The notes beneath the pieces are model-generated. The model searched no databases. It was given only the letters and a program-made list of their open reading frames with translations, and was not told where the DNA came from. Source: an uncultured delta proteobacterium (GTDB taxonomy: Bacteria; Myxococcota_A; Polyangia; Polyangiales; Polyangiaceae). From it: DNA of 64,000 bases. Each line of letters starts with the position of its first letter. Within the stretch, counting starts at the first letter, position 1. Both the position numbers and the translations under genes were made by a program. The stretch spans positions 128,001 to 192,000 of the forward strand of contig CAVOKF010000001.1 in NCBI GenBank assembly GCA_963696385.1, in the 5' to 3' direction. Shown piece after piece: positions 42,690 to 53,205 of the stretch.

Positions 42690-42794
42690 CACGGACTCGG
42701 ACGTGGTCGGGTCCGCTTCTCGTTTGGGCAAGAGGCAAAAGGTCGCGGCCAAGGGGGCGGCGACGCCGGTGATGGCCTCGGCGGTCGATCGCGA

Positions 42795-42810
42795 AGGAAC
42801 CATCCTTGCA
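42795..42810 (+). promoter_or_regulatory. Candidate sigma54 promoter
   Basis: AGGAACCATCCTTGCA just upstream of the M16 pair. Confidence 0.4.
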
Positions 42811-42822
42811 TGAGGCCCAGCC

Positions 42823-44243
42823 ATGTCAGTTGCACATTTTCGATGGGGGGTGGGGGTCACGGCGGCTCTCGAGACGCTGTTCGCGACGGCCTTGGCCAGC
42901 GCCGCCGCGCCTCCCGCGTCTCTGGACAAGCCCGCTGACATCCCCCAGCTCCACCTCGACGTGCGGCGGTCGACCCTGCCCAACGGGCTGCGGATCGTGC
43001 TCTCGGTCGACCACACCTCGCCGACGGTGGCGGTCGACGTCATGTACGACGTCGGCGCGCGCAACGAGAAGCGAGGGCACTCCGGGTTCGCGCATCTGTT
43101 CGAGCACATGATGTTCCAGGGATCGGCGAACGTGGCCAAGGGCGAGCAGATGAAGCTCATCACCGCCCATGGCGGCACCCTCAACGCCAACACGAGCTCC
43201 GACCGCACGAACTACTTCGACGTGGTCCCGGAGAGCGAGCTGCCGCTCGCCCTGTGGCTCGAGGCCGACCGGATGAAGTCGCTCGATGTATCGCTGGCCA
43301 ACTTCGACAACCAGCGTCTCGTCGTCGAGGAGGAGTACCGCATGAGGATTCTCAATGCGGCGTACGCACCCGCCGCGCTCCGCCTCGAAGAGCTCGTCTT
43401 TCAGGGCTACTGGCCGTACGCGCACCCGGTCATCGGGTCGATGACGGACCTCGACACGTCGCAGCTCGACTGGGTCAAGGCGTTCCACGCCGAGTACTAC
43501 GCGCCGAACGACGCCGTGCTCGTCGTCTCGGGCGATTTCGATCCCGCCGTGGCCCTCGACCGCGCCAGCGCCTATTTCGGCGATGCGAAGACGGCGACAC
43601 CGCCCGAATACGATCCCGGCGTGATGCCCGATCAGACGCTGCCGCGCGAGGACATCGTGCGGGACGTGCACGCACGTTTTCCCGCGGTTCTTTATGGCTG
43701 GCCCATCCCCCCCGCGCATACGCCCGATCACTACGCGCTCGAGGTCGCCGCCGACGTTCTCGCCGGGGGGAGAGCTCGCGCCTCTATAGGACGCTCGTCC
43801 ACGACAGGGCGATCGCCATCGACATCGACGCCGAGACCGAGGGGCACCGTGGCCCCGACGCTTTCGAGATGAGCTCGAAGGTCTCGAGCAAAGGAACGGT
43901 GGGCGAGGTCGAGAAGGTGATCGCCGATGCCATCGCGTCGCTCTCCAAGCGGCCGCCGACGGACGACGAGATGGTCAAGGTGCGGAGCGGGCTGGCCTCG
44001 CACTTTCTTTTCGGCCTCGAGTCGAACTACGCGCGTGCCGCAGAGCTTGCGACCTTCGAGACCTACTGGGGCGATGCGGCGCTCCTGAACACCGAGCTCG
44101 ATCGATACCTCGCCGTGACCAAGGAGGACGTCTCGCGCGTGGTGGCGAAGTACCTTGTTCCGAGCCGTCGCTCGCGGGTCGAGGTGGAGCCGGGGTTTGC
44201 GAATCCAGCGGCGGCCGACGCAAGCGAGGGGAGGGCGCCATGA
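42823..44243 (+). pseudogene. M16 zinc peptidase catalytic subunit, frameshifted at a G6 tract (43765-43770)
   Basis: HLFEH motif; one extra G restores LAGGESSRLY and joins ORF 42823..43872 to the frame ending at 44243. Confidence 0.85.
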
Positions 44244-45814
44244 TGCGGGCGAACGTTCGAAACCATGCTTTCGAGGCCTCGTTCGCCTCCTGGGCTGCGT
44301 CCGCGTTGGCGCTGGGCGCTTGCGGTTGCGGGTCGGCCCGTCCGTCTCCAACCCTGTCCGCCCCGCCCACAGGCGCCTATGTCGCGCCTGCGGCGCCGAG
44401 CAAGGAGCTGCCTCCGGCGCCTCTGGAGACCAGGCCGTCTCCCTTTCCTGGCGTGGTGAAGAGCGCCCTTCAGAATGGCCTTCGCGTGTCCGTCGTCGAA
44501 TCGCATGCCCTGCCCGTCATCGAGCTCCGCGTCGTCGTTCACGCGGGAAGGGGGTTCGCTGCGCCCGGGGTGAGCGAAGTCACCGCCAGGATGCTCAAGG
44601 AGGGCGGGACTCGAGCGCACACGGCGACCGAGGTCGTGAAGCGCATCGAGATGCTCGGGTCGAGCCTCGATGTCGCCGTGGGACCGGATGCGACATGGCT
44701 GTCGATGGGTGTCGTTCGAGGACAGCTGGGCGAGGCCCTGGAGATCCTGGGCGAGGTGCTCACGACTCCACGCTTCGATGCCGCCGAGCTCGCGAGAGTG
44801 AAGGCTCGGACAACGGATCAAGCGCGTGACGATGCGCGCTCGAACGGCACGTGGAGCGCGAACCGCATTCTTTTCCGAGCGCTCTTTCCGCCCGCAAGCC
44901 CGTACGCGATCTACGGCCTCGTTCCAGCGGAAATCGCGAAGGTGGACGGCGCCGCTGTTCGCGATTTCTACGAGCGCTTCTACGCTCCGTCGAAGGTCGA
45001 GGTCATCGTCGCCGGCGATGTGGAGGCGCGGGAAGTGGACAAGGCGATCGACCAGGCGCTGGGGCACTGGAGAGCGGCGACGGTCCGCCCATCCGCGCCG
45101 CCCGATTTCCCGCAGCCCACACCCCCCGACGTGACGCGCGTGTTTGTCGCCCATCGACCGAAGAGCGTGCAGAGCGACATCGTCGTCTCGCAGCTTCTAC
45201 CCGATCGGCACTCCCCCGGCTGGCCCACCGATCGCGTCGCGCTCCAGGTGTTCGGCGGAGGGCTCACGGGGCGCCTGTTCCGGGATGTGCGCGAGAAGCG
45301 ATCGCTCGCCTACTCGGCCAGCGCGCACCCGCTCGAGCTCGCGCACGACGCACAGCCGCTCCTCGCCTACGCGGGCACGCAGGCACCGAAGACGGCGGAA
45401 GCGGTGCAGGCAGTCCTGGACAACCTTGCCGGCATGCGCACTGCGCCGCCGACCCCCGACGAAGTGATGTCGGCCCGGCGCTACCTCAGCGATATCTTCG
45501 CCGTGCGCATGGAAACCCTCGGTGCCATTGCGGACATGGTCGCCCAGCTGCGCGAGCTCGATCTCCCGGACGATTACTGGGACACGTATCGCGCGGGGCT
45601 CCGCGCGGTCACGACAGCGGACACGGACGCAGAGGCGGCGAGGGTGTTCACACCCGATCATGCGCTCATCATCGTGGCCGGCGACGCGGACGTGGTGGCC
45701 GATCCATTGACTCGCTTCGGCGAAGTCACCGTCATCGACCCCGAGAACGACTTCCGCGTGATTCGCCGCCTCCCGAGGAGTGCGGCTGCGGCGAACGATC
45801 GCCAAAATCGATGA
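44240..45814 (+). CDS. M16 peptidase non-catalytic partner subunit (putative lipoprotein)
   Basis: LQNGL, no HxxEH, RLFRDVREKRSLAY; ATGA overlap. Confidence 0.88.
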   Translation: MMRANVRNHAFEASFASWAASALALGACGCGSARPSPTLSAPPTGAYVAPAAPSKELPPAPLETRPSPFPGVVKSALQNGLRVSVVESHALPVIELRVVVHAGRGFAAPGVSEVTARMLKEGGTRAHTATEVVKRIEMLGSSLDVAVGPDATWLSMGVVRGQLGEALEILGEVLTTPRFDAAELARVKARTTDQARDDARSNGTWSANRILFRALFPPASPYAIYGLVPAEIAKVDGAAVRDFYERFYAPSKVEVIVAGDVEAREVDKAIDQALGHWRAATVRPSAPPDFPQPTPPDVTRVFVAHRPKSVQSDIVVSQLLPDRHSPGWPTDRVALQVFGGGLTGRLFRDVREKRSLAYSASAHPLELAHDAQPLLAYAGTQAPKTAEAVQAVLDNLAGMRTAPPTPDEVMSARRYLSDIFAVRMETLGAIADMVAQLRELDLPDDYWDTYRAGLRAVTTADTDAEAARVFTPDHALIIVAGDADVVADPLTRFGEVTVIDPENDFRVIRRLPRSAAAANDRQNR

Positions 45815-45859
45815 GCGGCGTTCGCTGCACGCGCGGCTGGCGATTCCGGCGAAACTGGG

Positions 45860-46138
45860 TCAGCCGATGAAGACGCCCTTGACGTTGATGGCGAAAATCC
45901 GATCGAACTCAACCTCGCTGACGTCCTCGATTGCCTTCGTGAACGCCCACGCCGCGTTGTTCACGACGATGTCGATGCGACCGAACTTGTCGAAGGCGGC
46001 CCCGAACATGGCGCGGATCTCCTCCGGGATGCCGACGTCGGCTTTCACCGCAAACGCACGCCCGCCACGCCGCTCGATCTCGACGGCGACATCTTCGGCC
46101 TGCGTAGATGTGTCGAGATAGTTGACGGCGATGGACAC
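45860..46138 (-). pseudogene. Internal fragment of a short-chain dehydrogenase
   Basis: AVNY, KADV, FGRIDIVVNNA, FAINVKGVF; lacks GxxxGxG and YxxxK. Confidence 0.8.
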
Positions 46139-46306
46139 ATCGAGAACCGCAACGGCCTGCTGGTGGACCTGCAAATGGACACCGCCGACGGGTACGCCGA
46201 ACGCCGTGCGGCGCTCGAGATGCTCGACAACAACGTGCCAGGCGTACGGCGCATCACCGTCGCGGGCGACAAGGGCTACGACACCAGCGACTTCGTCGAG
46301 GAGCTC
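46139..46306 (+). mobile_element. Internal fragment of an IS5-like DDE transposase
   Basis: ENRNGLLVD...GYAERRAALEML...ITVAGDKGYDTSDFV; no element ends seen. Confidence 0.7.
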
Positions 46307-46697
46307 GTCCACGTGGCACTTGCCGTACTGTCCAACCTCACGGATCCCAGCGCGATCGCATCACCCCAGGTTCGCTATAGCGTCGCGAGCAACGCGCTCA
46401 TCATTTGCGGGGCGTTCGTACCGATGGGTGCGCGGCCCGGAGCCGGCGCGAGCGGACCGACGTCGCCCAGTGAGTTCGGCCTTTATCCGTACTTGTATCA
46501 CGTCGACTTGAAGGTCTACATGTGAGCCCGCGCGCGCGTGCTGGTGGTGCGCTCCCCGGCGCGGTCTCGGCCCCGCGCGAGGGAGCCGGGCAGGTCTTCG
46601 CCTGTAGTGCGTGCGGTGCAACGTACCGGGATGAAACCTGGGAGAACCTTCTGCTTTCCCGGCGAATCGAGCCGCCGGAGGTGCAACGCCTCCCTCG

Positions 46698-47333
46698 ATG
46701 CATTCCTCCGAGGGGAAGAACCAATGGGTGCGTCGCTGGCGCTACGTGATGGCGCCGACGACGCGACCAGGAATCTGGCGGCTGAAGGATCGGCGATACT
46801 TCGTTCGCGTTCGAGTGACGGACCCGCGTACGGGCCGGCGGGTCCAGTGCGCGCGCGCTCTTCGCGGGATGACCGTTACGGTCCGGGACGCCATCCGGGT
46901 CCGGGACCGGCTTCGGTACGAGGGCCGCGAGCGCATCGAGGGGAAGATCCGGTCGCTGCCGCTTTGGGGCGAGTACGCAGCGTCGTTGCTGGAGGCAAAG
47001 GTCGCTGAAGGAAGGCTCTCGTCCTCGAAGAGCCGCGAGCGTTGGGGCAACGTGCTGGGACGGCTGATCCCGGCGTTCGGGCGTCTGCGCGTCGACGAAC
47101 TGCGGACCGCCGACCTCGTCGCGTGGCGTGACGAGGTTGGGCGCTGGCTCCGCGACGGGATGCCCTCGTCGCGCACGCGCGACAAGGGCAAGCTCGTCCG
47201 GCTCTCGCCCACCACGGCGAACGGATGGATCTCGATCCTCAAGGTGATCTGCGCCGCGATGACGAAGCACTACGAGCTCGCGCGCGACCCAGCGCTCCTT
47301 CTCAGGACACCGTGCTCAAAGATGCTTGGCTGA
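46698..47333 (+). pseudogene. Truncated tyrosine integrase (N-terminal/core-binding part only)
   Basis: PGIWRLKDRRYFVR, LIPAFG..RVDEL, LSPTTANGWISILK...DPA; no catalytic domain; runs into the SDR gene. Confidence 0.7.
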
Positions 47334-48264
47334 CGCCGGAGGCCTTGATGAAACGGTGAATTGCCTCGTTGGCATTGTCTTGAAATGACGTGTTCTTCAA
47401 AGATGTAAAGAAGGTGCTCTGGTCCACCATCTCCCCGGACAGCTTGCCCTCCTTACTGGCGTAGAAGACGCCGCTCTTGTACCGGTCCTCCGAGATGGCA
47501 TCTACGAACCGCTTCACGCCCACTTCAATCCCATGCACTGCTCCCATCAGCGGGAAGACGATGGGCATCATCACGAACTTCAACATGAATCTCATTGGTT
47601 GCGGGAGACTGTCTGGAGCCAGAGTTCCCCGCGTATTCCCGGGACTGACAACCACAAATTTCAGCTCCGGGTGCCTTCGGGCCATGGAGAGCGCCCACAT
47701 CGTTCCCGCATACTTCACGTAGCCGTAGGCTTGCGTTGGATCGAACTTCTTGCCGAAGTATGTTCCGTCGAGAACGGCAGCAAATTCATCAGCAGAATAC
47801 GTCGGCAGTGCCACCGGTTTCATGCCAAGTGGCTTCACTCCTGGCACAGCTTCTGCGCTTACAAACAGCACCGCCTTCTTCAGCTTTCCGCGTTTGATCA
47901 GCTCGTCTACCAAGACGACGTGCCCCAAAATATTGGTAGCAGCCAGTTCATTCATGCCGGAAGGCGTGGGCTTCCAAGCGGTTGCTCCGACCATCCCTCC
48001 TGCATTCAGGATGACGGCATCAATCGGTTGTTTAAGCTTGTCTACGGCCTTTCTGACGGAAGCTTCGTCAGAGACATCGCCGATAACGATGTCAAAGATC
48101 CTCTTCCCCGTTTTCTCCTCGAGATTCTTCTGTGCCGCCTCTGCTTTCGCTTGATTTCTGCAGAAAAGAACGACTTTTTTCGTTTCTTCTCTCAGCGCCA
48201 ACTGCCGGGCAGTCTCTTTCCCGAGACCAATGTTGGCGCCGGTGATCAATATGCTCTCGTTCAT
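47302..48264 (-). CDS. Short-chain dehydrogenase/reductase, lower GC than flanks
   Basis: ITGANIGLG, LNAG, YGYVK, SPG; visibly AT-richer. Confidence 0.88.
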   Translation of the reverse strand: MNESILITGANIGLGKETARQLALREETKKVVLFCRNQAKAEAAQKNLEEKTGKRIFDIVIGDVSDEASVRKAVDKLKQPIDAVILNAGGMVGATAWKPTPSGMNELAATNILGHVVLVDELIKRGKLKKAVLFVSAEAVPGVKPLGMKPVALPTYSADEFAAVLDGTYFGKKFDPTQAYGYVKYAGTMWALSMARRHPELKFVVVSPGNTRGTLAPDSLPQPMRFMLKFVMMPIVFPLMGAVHGIEVGVKRFVDAISEDRYKSGVFYASKEGKLSGEMVDQSTFFTSLKNTSFQDNANEAIHRFIKASGVSQASLSTVS

Positions 48265-48537
48265 GTGGCTCCGGGGGGTGGTGAGGGCGATCGAACCGGG
48301 CGCGTCAGAGGCCGGTCACCTTGCCAATTGTGAAACGATCGGTACCTTATGGAGCGCAGCCGTACGAGGAGTTCAAGACGGCCATCGATCGCGAACTGGC
48401 CAGGAGCGCCGCGACGAGATGACCCGGGCTGCGAAACGGGAGCTTTCCGTCGGTCCTTCGGTACGCGACATGCTTCGAAACTCGTCCGGCGCTCCCAAAG
48501 GATGTCGAGCACCTTCGGGGTTGACTCGCCCCGCACC

Positions 48538-48553
48538 CGGCATGGCCGATGCT
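48538..48553 (+). promoter_or_regulatory. Candidate sigma54 promoter
   Basis: CGGCATGGCCGATGCT upstream of the IS-split ompA-like gene. Confidence 0.5.
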
Positions 48554-48778
48554 AGGTGGGCCCTTGAAATGGAGGTTCCAGTGATGAGCATGATCCATTC
48601 TGAGCACCAGGTCGTCACGATCACCGCTGCCGTGGTCGCCTTGACTCTTGTCGCCTGCGGGCACGAGACGCAGACACAAGCGGCGGCAGCACCGTCCAAT
48701 GAAGTGGACCCCAAATTTCGGACCACCCCTTAAGGTAGTAAAGACGGGCCTGCTCCCCGATGACGAGGAGCAGGATCA

Positions 48779-49072
48779 ATGAAAAATACACGCACGAAGC
48801 ACACGGCAGAATTCAAGGCGAAGGTTGCGCTTGCGGCGATTCGGGAGGAGGCCACGGTCCCGGAGCTGGCGCGTCGATACGGGATTCACCCGACGCAGAT
48901 CTTCAAGTGGAAGAAGACGTTCGTGGAAAACGCAGCACGCGTATTCCAATCCGAGGGGGCCAGGAGCGATGGTGGCGAGGAGCGCGAGCGCGAGGCGGAG
49001 CTACTCAAGAAGATTGGCGAGCTCACGGTTGAACGCGATTTTTTATCGCGCGGGCTCGGGCGGCTGCGGTGA
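48779..49072 (+). CDS. IS3 transposase OrfA
   Basis: EFKAKVAL...HPTQI..WKK...ERDFL; T6 tract near the 3' end. Confidence 0.92.
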   Translation: MKNTRTKHTAEFKAKVALAAIREEATVPELARRYGIHPTQIFKWKKTFVENAARVFQSEGARSDGGEEREREAELLKKIGELTVERDFLSRGLGRLR

Positions 49073-49911
49073 AGGACCGACGCGCGATGGTGGCCCCGGA
49101 CAGCAAGGTTTCGGTCCGCCGACAATGCGAGCTTTTGCGCGTATCGCGCTCGGGCCTGTACTACGTGCCCGAGCCAACCGAGCCCGAGGAGCTTGCGCTG
49201 ATGCGACGGATCGACGAGCTCCATCTGCGGTTTCCGTTTTACGGGAGCCGCAAGCTCGCAATCGCGTTGCGAGGCGAAGGCCACGAAGTGAATCGAAAAC
49301 ATATCCAGCGACTGATGCGGGTCATGGGGCTGGAGGCCATGGCTCCTCGGGCGCGCACGAGTCGGCCGAGTCAAGAGCACGCGATCTATCCTTACCTCCT
49401 TCGCGGCCTCGAGATCAGCCGCATCAATCAGGTGTGGGCAAGCGACATCACGTACGTGCCGCTGGCGCACGGCTTCGTGTACCTCGTCGCGATCCTGGAC
49501 TGGTACTCGCGGCGGGTTCTCGCCTGGCGCCTGTCGAACACGCTCGATCCCGGCTTCTGCGTGGACGCCCTGGAGCAGGCACTTGCCCACTTCGGTGCGC
49601 CCGAGATCTTCAATACCGACCAAGGCGCGCAATTCACGTCCGACGCATTTACGAAGGTGCTTCGGCGACGCGGCATTCGCATAAGCATGGACGGCAAGGG
49701 CCGCTGCATCGACAACGTGTTCGTCGAGCGGCTTTGGCGATCGGTCAAATACGAGGAGGTGTACCTGCATGCCTACGAAGACGTGCGCGAGGCGCGCGCC
49801 GGGATCGGTCGCTACATGACGTTCTACAACGAAAGCCGCCCGCACCAAGCGCTCGGCTACCAAACACCCAGGGCATTCTTCGACGCACTGTGGTCGGGCA
49901 AGGCTGCGTGA
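49069..49911 (+). CDS. IS3 transposase OrfB (DDE)
   Basis: [35 protein letters not shown]; -1 frame relative to OrfA. Confidence 0.95.
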   Translation: MKDRRAMVAPDSKVSVRRQCELLRVSRSGLYYVPEPTEPEELALMRRIDELHLRFPFYGSRKLAIALRGEGHEVNRKHIQRLMRVMGLEAMAPRARTSRPSQEHAIYPYLLRGLEISRINQVWASDITYVPLAHGFVYLVAILDWYSRRVLAWRLSNTLDPGFCVDALEQALAHFGAPEIFNTDQGAQFTSDAFTKVLRRRGIRISMDGKGRCIDNVFVERLWRSVKYEEVYLHAYEDVREARAGIGRYMTFYNESRPHQALGYQTPRAFFDALWSGKAA

Positions 49912-50486
49912 ATTCTTTCCACCGTCGTCCACAGGGTCGCTCACAACTTGCCAGTCTCCCCCCCGCCCCCCCCCTCAATTGCCACCAGACACGTGGAAGT
50001 CTATGTGGACGACCGATACGAAATTCACGACGAGAACAACTACGACTTGACTTTAGATATCCCACGAGCGAGAGAAAGAACGAGAGCAGGCCCTACCTTA
50101 ACTGCCGACCAGTTTGGTCCGAACGAAGGGGTCCACCTCACAATGCCCAGCCGGGTGTGACGAGCATGCAACCGACGCCGTCCAACACGCCGACCGCGTC
50201 GAGCGTTGCAATCTCCGACGAGGTGCTGCGAGCCTGCAACATCCCCGACGGCGACGCCTATTTCGCGTTCGACTCAGCTCACCTGACCGGGTTCGACCAG
50301 GCACCACTGGACGCAGTGGCCGTGTGCTTCACCAGCGGACCGATGCAAGGTCACAAGTTGGATCTCGTGGGGCACGCCGATCCGCGTGGAGCCATGGATT
50401 ACAACATGACGCTCGGACAGGCCCGGTCCGACGCCGTTGCCGCGTATCTCGGCGACCACGGCCTGAATCGGAGCCAAGTATCGACG

Positions 50487-51377
50487 TCATCGCGGGGGGC
50501 GATGGACGCCACCGGTCGCGACGAGACCGGCTGGGCGCATGACCGGCGGGTCGACATCTCGCTGGCCAAGTGATCCAGGTTCACGGGTCACGTGGAAAAG
50601 GGAGTCGACTGCGATGCGCGCTGCCTGCGAAACGCGCGAGATACGTCGATTCCGATGAAAGGCGAGATCTTCAGCGGAGCTTTCAGCCGGAAAGTTCATA
50701 CCCATGTAGGCGACGAACTGTTCCGCGAGGTCCTCATCGCGTTGCCGATCGTAGCCAACAAGATCCCAGACTCCCAGCCGTGAGCTGAGCACGTGCGAAA
50801 TCTCGTGAGTCAGTGTCCGGACGAAGCCCGGATTGGGTTGAAACGATCCATTTGCGCTTTTGATCAATGGGTCGTTGCGAACGAACAGGTGGTTGAGCGA
50901 ATCGACGTACAGTCCCCAATAACAGCACCGTGGTGCGACTGCGTCGAAACGGGATGGCAAATCGTTCAAGGCACGGGCCGACTTGCCGTCCAACAGCGAG
51001 TTGCCCGGCAGAAGGGAGATCGTGGGAAGGTTTTCGGCTTCGTAGCGGCGTTCAGGCAACTTCTTCGCGCTCAGAAACTCGCGATATCGCGCGAATGCGC
51101 TCCGGCAAGTTTCGTCGATGACGGCGAAGGCGTCCGCGCTCGGCGACGTCTCCGCAAGCAGAGCCGACGTGGGGCGCCACTCGACGACCGCCATCCGGCA
51201 GTGAGGGACCCACACTGGTTGAGCGAGGCGTTCGTTTTCGCGAGGCAATGCGTCGAACCGGGTGACCGGCCCGCGTGCAGCGGCGGGCCACGAGATCAGC
51301 AAGACCCACGCGAGCGCTGCGAGCGCGACGAATCGCGTGAGGCGGAACGCCACGGAGCTTTGAGGACAATGTGCCAT
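50487..51377 (-). CDS. Secreted hypothetical protein with HExxH motif
   Basis: Signal-like N-terminus; TLTHEISHVL plus downstream EDLAE; 3' end overlaps the ompA-like gene. Confidence 0.6.
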   Translation of the reverse strand: MAHCPQSSVAFRLTRFVALAALAWVLLISWPAAARGPVTRFDALPRENERLAQPVWVPHCRMAVVEWRPTSALLAETSPSADAFAVIDETCRSAFARYREFLSAKKLPERRYEAENLPTISLLPGNSLLDGKSARALNDLPSRFDAVAPRCCYWGLYVDSLNHLFVRNDPLIKSANGSFQPNPGFVRTLTHEISHVLSSRLGVWDLVGYDRQRDEDLAEQFVAYMGMNFPAESSAEDLAFHRNRRISRVSQAARIAVDSLFHVTREPGSLGQRDVDPPVMRPAGLVATGGVHRPPR

Positions 51378-51498
51378 AAGGCCGCTCCGTCAGGTTAGCG
51401 GACTGAGGAGAGCCGATCACCCTCGCGCGCGCAGCCGGGTTGCTTTAACGATGATACGCTCCCGTTACGACCCCAATAGCGGCGGCCGAAGGGCGGAC

Positions 51499-52890
51499 TC
51501 AGTGCGATCGGCTGGCTGCGGACGCCTGCGCGACCCGAAGGCGGTTCGTCACGTGTGCCGCCCCCGCCAAGACAGCGTCGGCGTTGGCGGCCCGTACCTC
51601 GCCCCAGGTGTCGACGACGCCGGTGAGCGTCACATCGCCGTCGCGATCGACGGCCACCGTGACCGGACCCGTGCCGACGCGCGGATCCCAGAAGATGTTC
51701 TCGTTCACGCGATCTTCGATCGCCTGGGGCGAGCGAAGCGGGGGCCTTGCGCCGCCCCCAGGTCCCTTGTCTTGCACGTCCACGACCCCTGGCGCGCCCT
51801 CGACGTCGCTCGCGACGCTCTCCTCCGGCAGCGCCATCCGAGCGTCCACTCGCCGGACGCCCCAGACACGGTAGGCATCGCGCACGGCCGCTTCCGCGGC
51901 CGGGAAGTCGGAGACCGGGCCGACCAGTGTCACGACGCTGCTTTCGACGCTCACGCTCGGCAACACGGTGCCGACCTCGGCGTCGGTCAGGAGGGCTGTG
52001 CGGACCGCCTCCGCGATGGTCGCGTCGGTCGGAGGCGTCCGCTCCTCCGCTGCGCGAACCTGCTCGTTGGCGAACCAGTCGACGCGTAGGGCGCCGGCGT
52101 TCACGTTGGTGACGCCGGAAACCGAAGCGTCCGCCACGGCCGCGTCGTGTTGGAAAAGACTGCCGACCACTCCCGAAAGGGTGGCCGTTCCGCGGCTCAC
52201 CGCGACCGCGACGGGCGCCCCATCGAGTCGAGCGTCGTGCTCGAGCCTGTTCCGGACATCAGCCGAAACCTGGGCGTCGCCTCGAGATTCCGGAGGCAGA
52301 TCGATGGCGAGCGCGACCCGACGGACGCCTGGAACGCGGGCCGCGACCTCCGATAGCTCCTCGCGCTGGCTGGGCGATTCCGCCGAGCCGCGAATCGTGA
52401 CGGCGCCCCCAAGGGACGACGCGTGCACCTGGGTGCTTCGCGTGACCCGGTTTGCCCGGATCGCGTCGTCCACGCTCGAACCGATCTCCTCGTCGCTGCG
52501 CGCGATGGCGTTCACGACGATGCCGTTGTCGACCGAGGTGGCTCCCTTGAAGGTGCCGGCCACGCGGGAAGCCCGCCACCGGTCGGCGAGGGTCGGCACG
52601 GAGCCCGCGAGGCTGACCTTTCCGTTCAGCACCGACACCTGCACCGGTTGGGCGCCCAGAACGGCATCGCGCTGGATGGCTCGCTGGATCGCGGCCGCCA
52701 AACGCGCGTCAGAAACCGGGACGCGCGCGGGGGCCGACGTGCGCTCGCGCGCGCACGCGGGCGAGACGACCGCCGGGCCGAAGAACAGGAGACACAACCA
52801 GAGGGCGCGCGCTAGGACCGCAGTCAACGTCCGAGCGGTCCGTCCCGGCGCCGAGGTCGATCTGGTTTCCGCCACGCGTGGCTCGGTCAT
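51499..52890 (-). CDS. Multi-BON protein, paralog of 26729..28288 lacking most of BON5
   Basis: Shares AIQRD, FKG, DARLDG, GVVGSL, LRVDW, IFWDPR; start approximate. Confidence 0.82.
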   Translation of the reverse strand: MTEPRVAETRSTSAPGRTARTLTAVLARALWLCLLFFGPAVVSPACARERTSAPARVPVSDARLAAAIQRAIQRDAVLGAQPVQVSVLNGKVSLAGSVPTLADRWRASRVAGTFKGATSVDNGIVVNAIARSDEEIGSSVDDAIRANRVTRSTQVHASSLGGAVTIRGSAESPSQREELSEVAARVPGVRRVALAIDLPPESRGDAQVSADVRNRLEHDARLDGAPVAVAVSRGTATLSGVVGSLFQHDAAVADASVSGVTNVNAGALRVDWFANEQVRAAEERTPPTDATIAEAVRTALLTDAEVGTVLPSVSVESSVVTLVGPVSDFPAAEAAVRDAYRVWGVRRVDARMALPEESVASDVEGAPGVVDVQDKGPGGGARPPLRSPQAIEDRVNENIFWDPRVGTGPVTVAVDRDGDVTLTGVVDTWGEVRAANADAVLAGAAHVTNRLRVAQASAASRSH

Positions 52891-53070
52891 TGCGTGCGTC
52901 GGTTCGTCGCGCGCACCTTGCCGCGACACAATTCCAGCGAAATGTCGAGGCATTGTTGGATCTCCACATTGACGCCCGAGCCGCTCTCCCGGACTGTGGC
53001 CAACCCCGCCGATCCGGGCCGAGCGAACGACGACTCCACCATGCGGCACTTCCCCACGATCGCCTCTGCC

Positions 53071-53205
53071 TCAGCGGACCGTCGTCGTGGTTGGCCCGGC
53101 CGGAGGCCGCTGCCTGAGCCTCCATAAGCTCACCAGGGCCGCGAGAAGGCCGATTCCGAGAATCAGATAGATGACCAGGGATGGGACCGATTCCGGGGGA
53201 TTCAT
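53071..53205 (-). CDS. Small single-TM protein (44 aa)
   Basis: MNPPESVPSLVIYLILGIGLLAALVSLWRLRQRPP...; ATGA overlap with the upstream ORF. Confidence 0.45.
   Translation of the reverse strand: MNPPESVPSLVIYLILGIGLLAALVSLWRLRQRPPAGPTTTTVR

Larger units (their letters stand above)
48700..50140 (+). mobile_element. Complete IS3-family insertion sequence
   Basis: Left IR TGAAGTGGACCCCAAATTTCGGACCA; right IR (reverse complement) TGAGGTGGACCCCTTCGTTCGGACCA; CAA duplicated at 48697-99 and 50141-43. Confidence 0.95.
48584..50573 (+). pseudogene. OmpA/Pal-like lipoprotein paralog 3, interrupted by IS3
   Basis: 5' part (GGAGG SD, LVAC) and 3' part (FAFDS, GHADPRG, DRRVD) rejoin in frame as AAPSNAQPG after removing the IS and one CAA. 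Confidence 0.9.

Noticed and set aside
48825..50573. 582-aa transposase-OmpA fusion
   Set aside because: Off-frame read through the IS into the 3' half of the disrupted gene.
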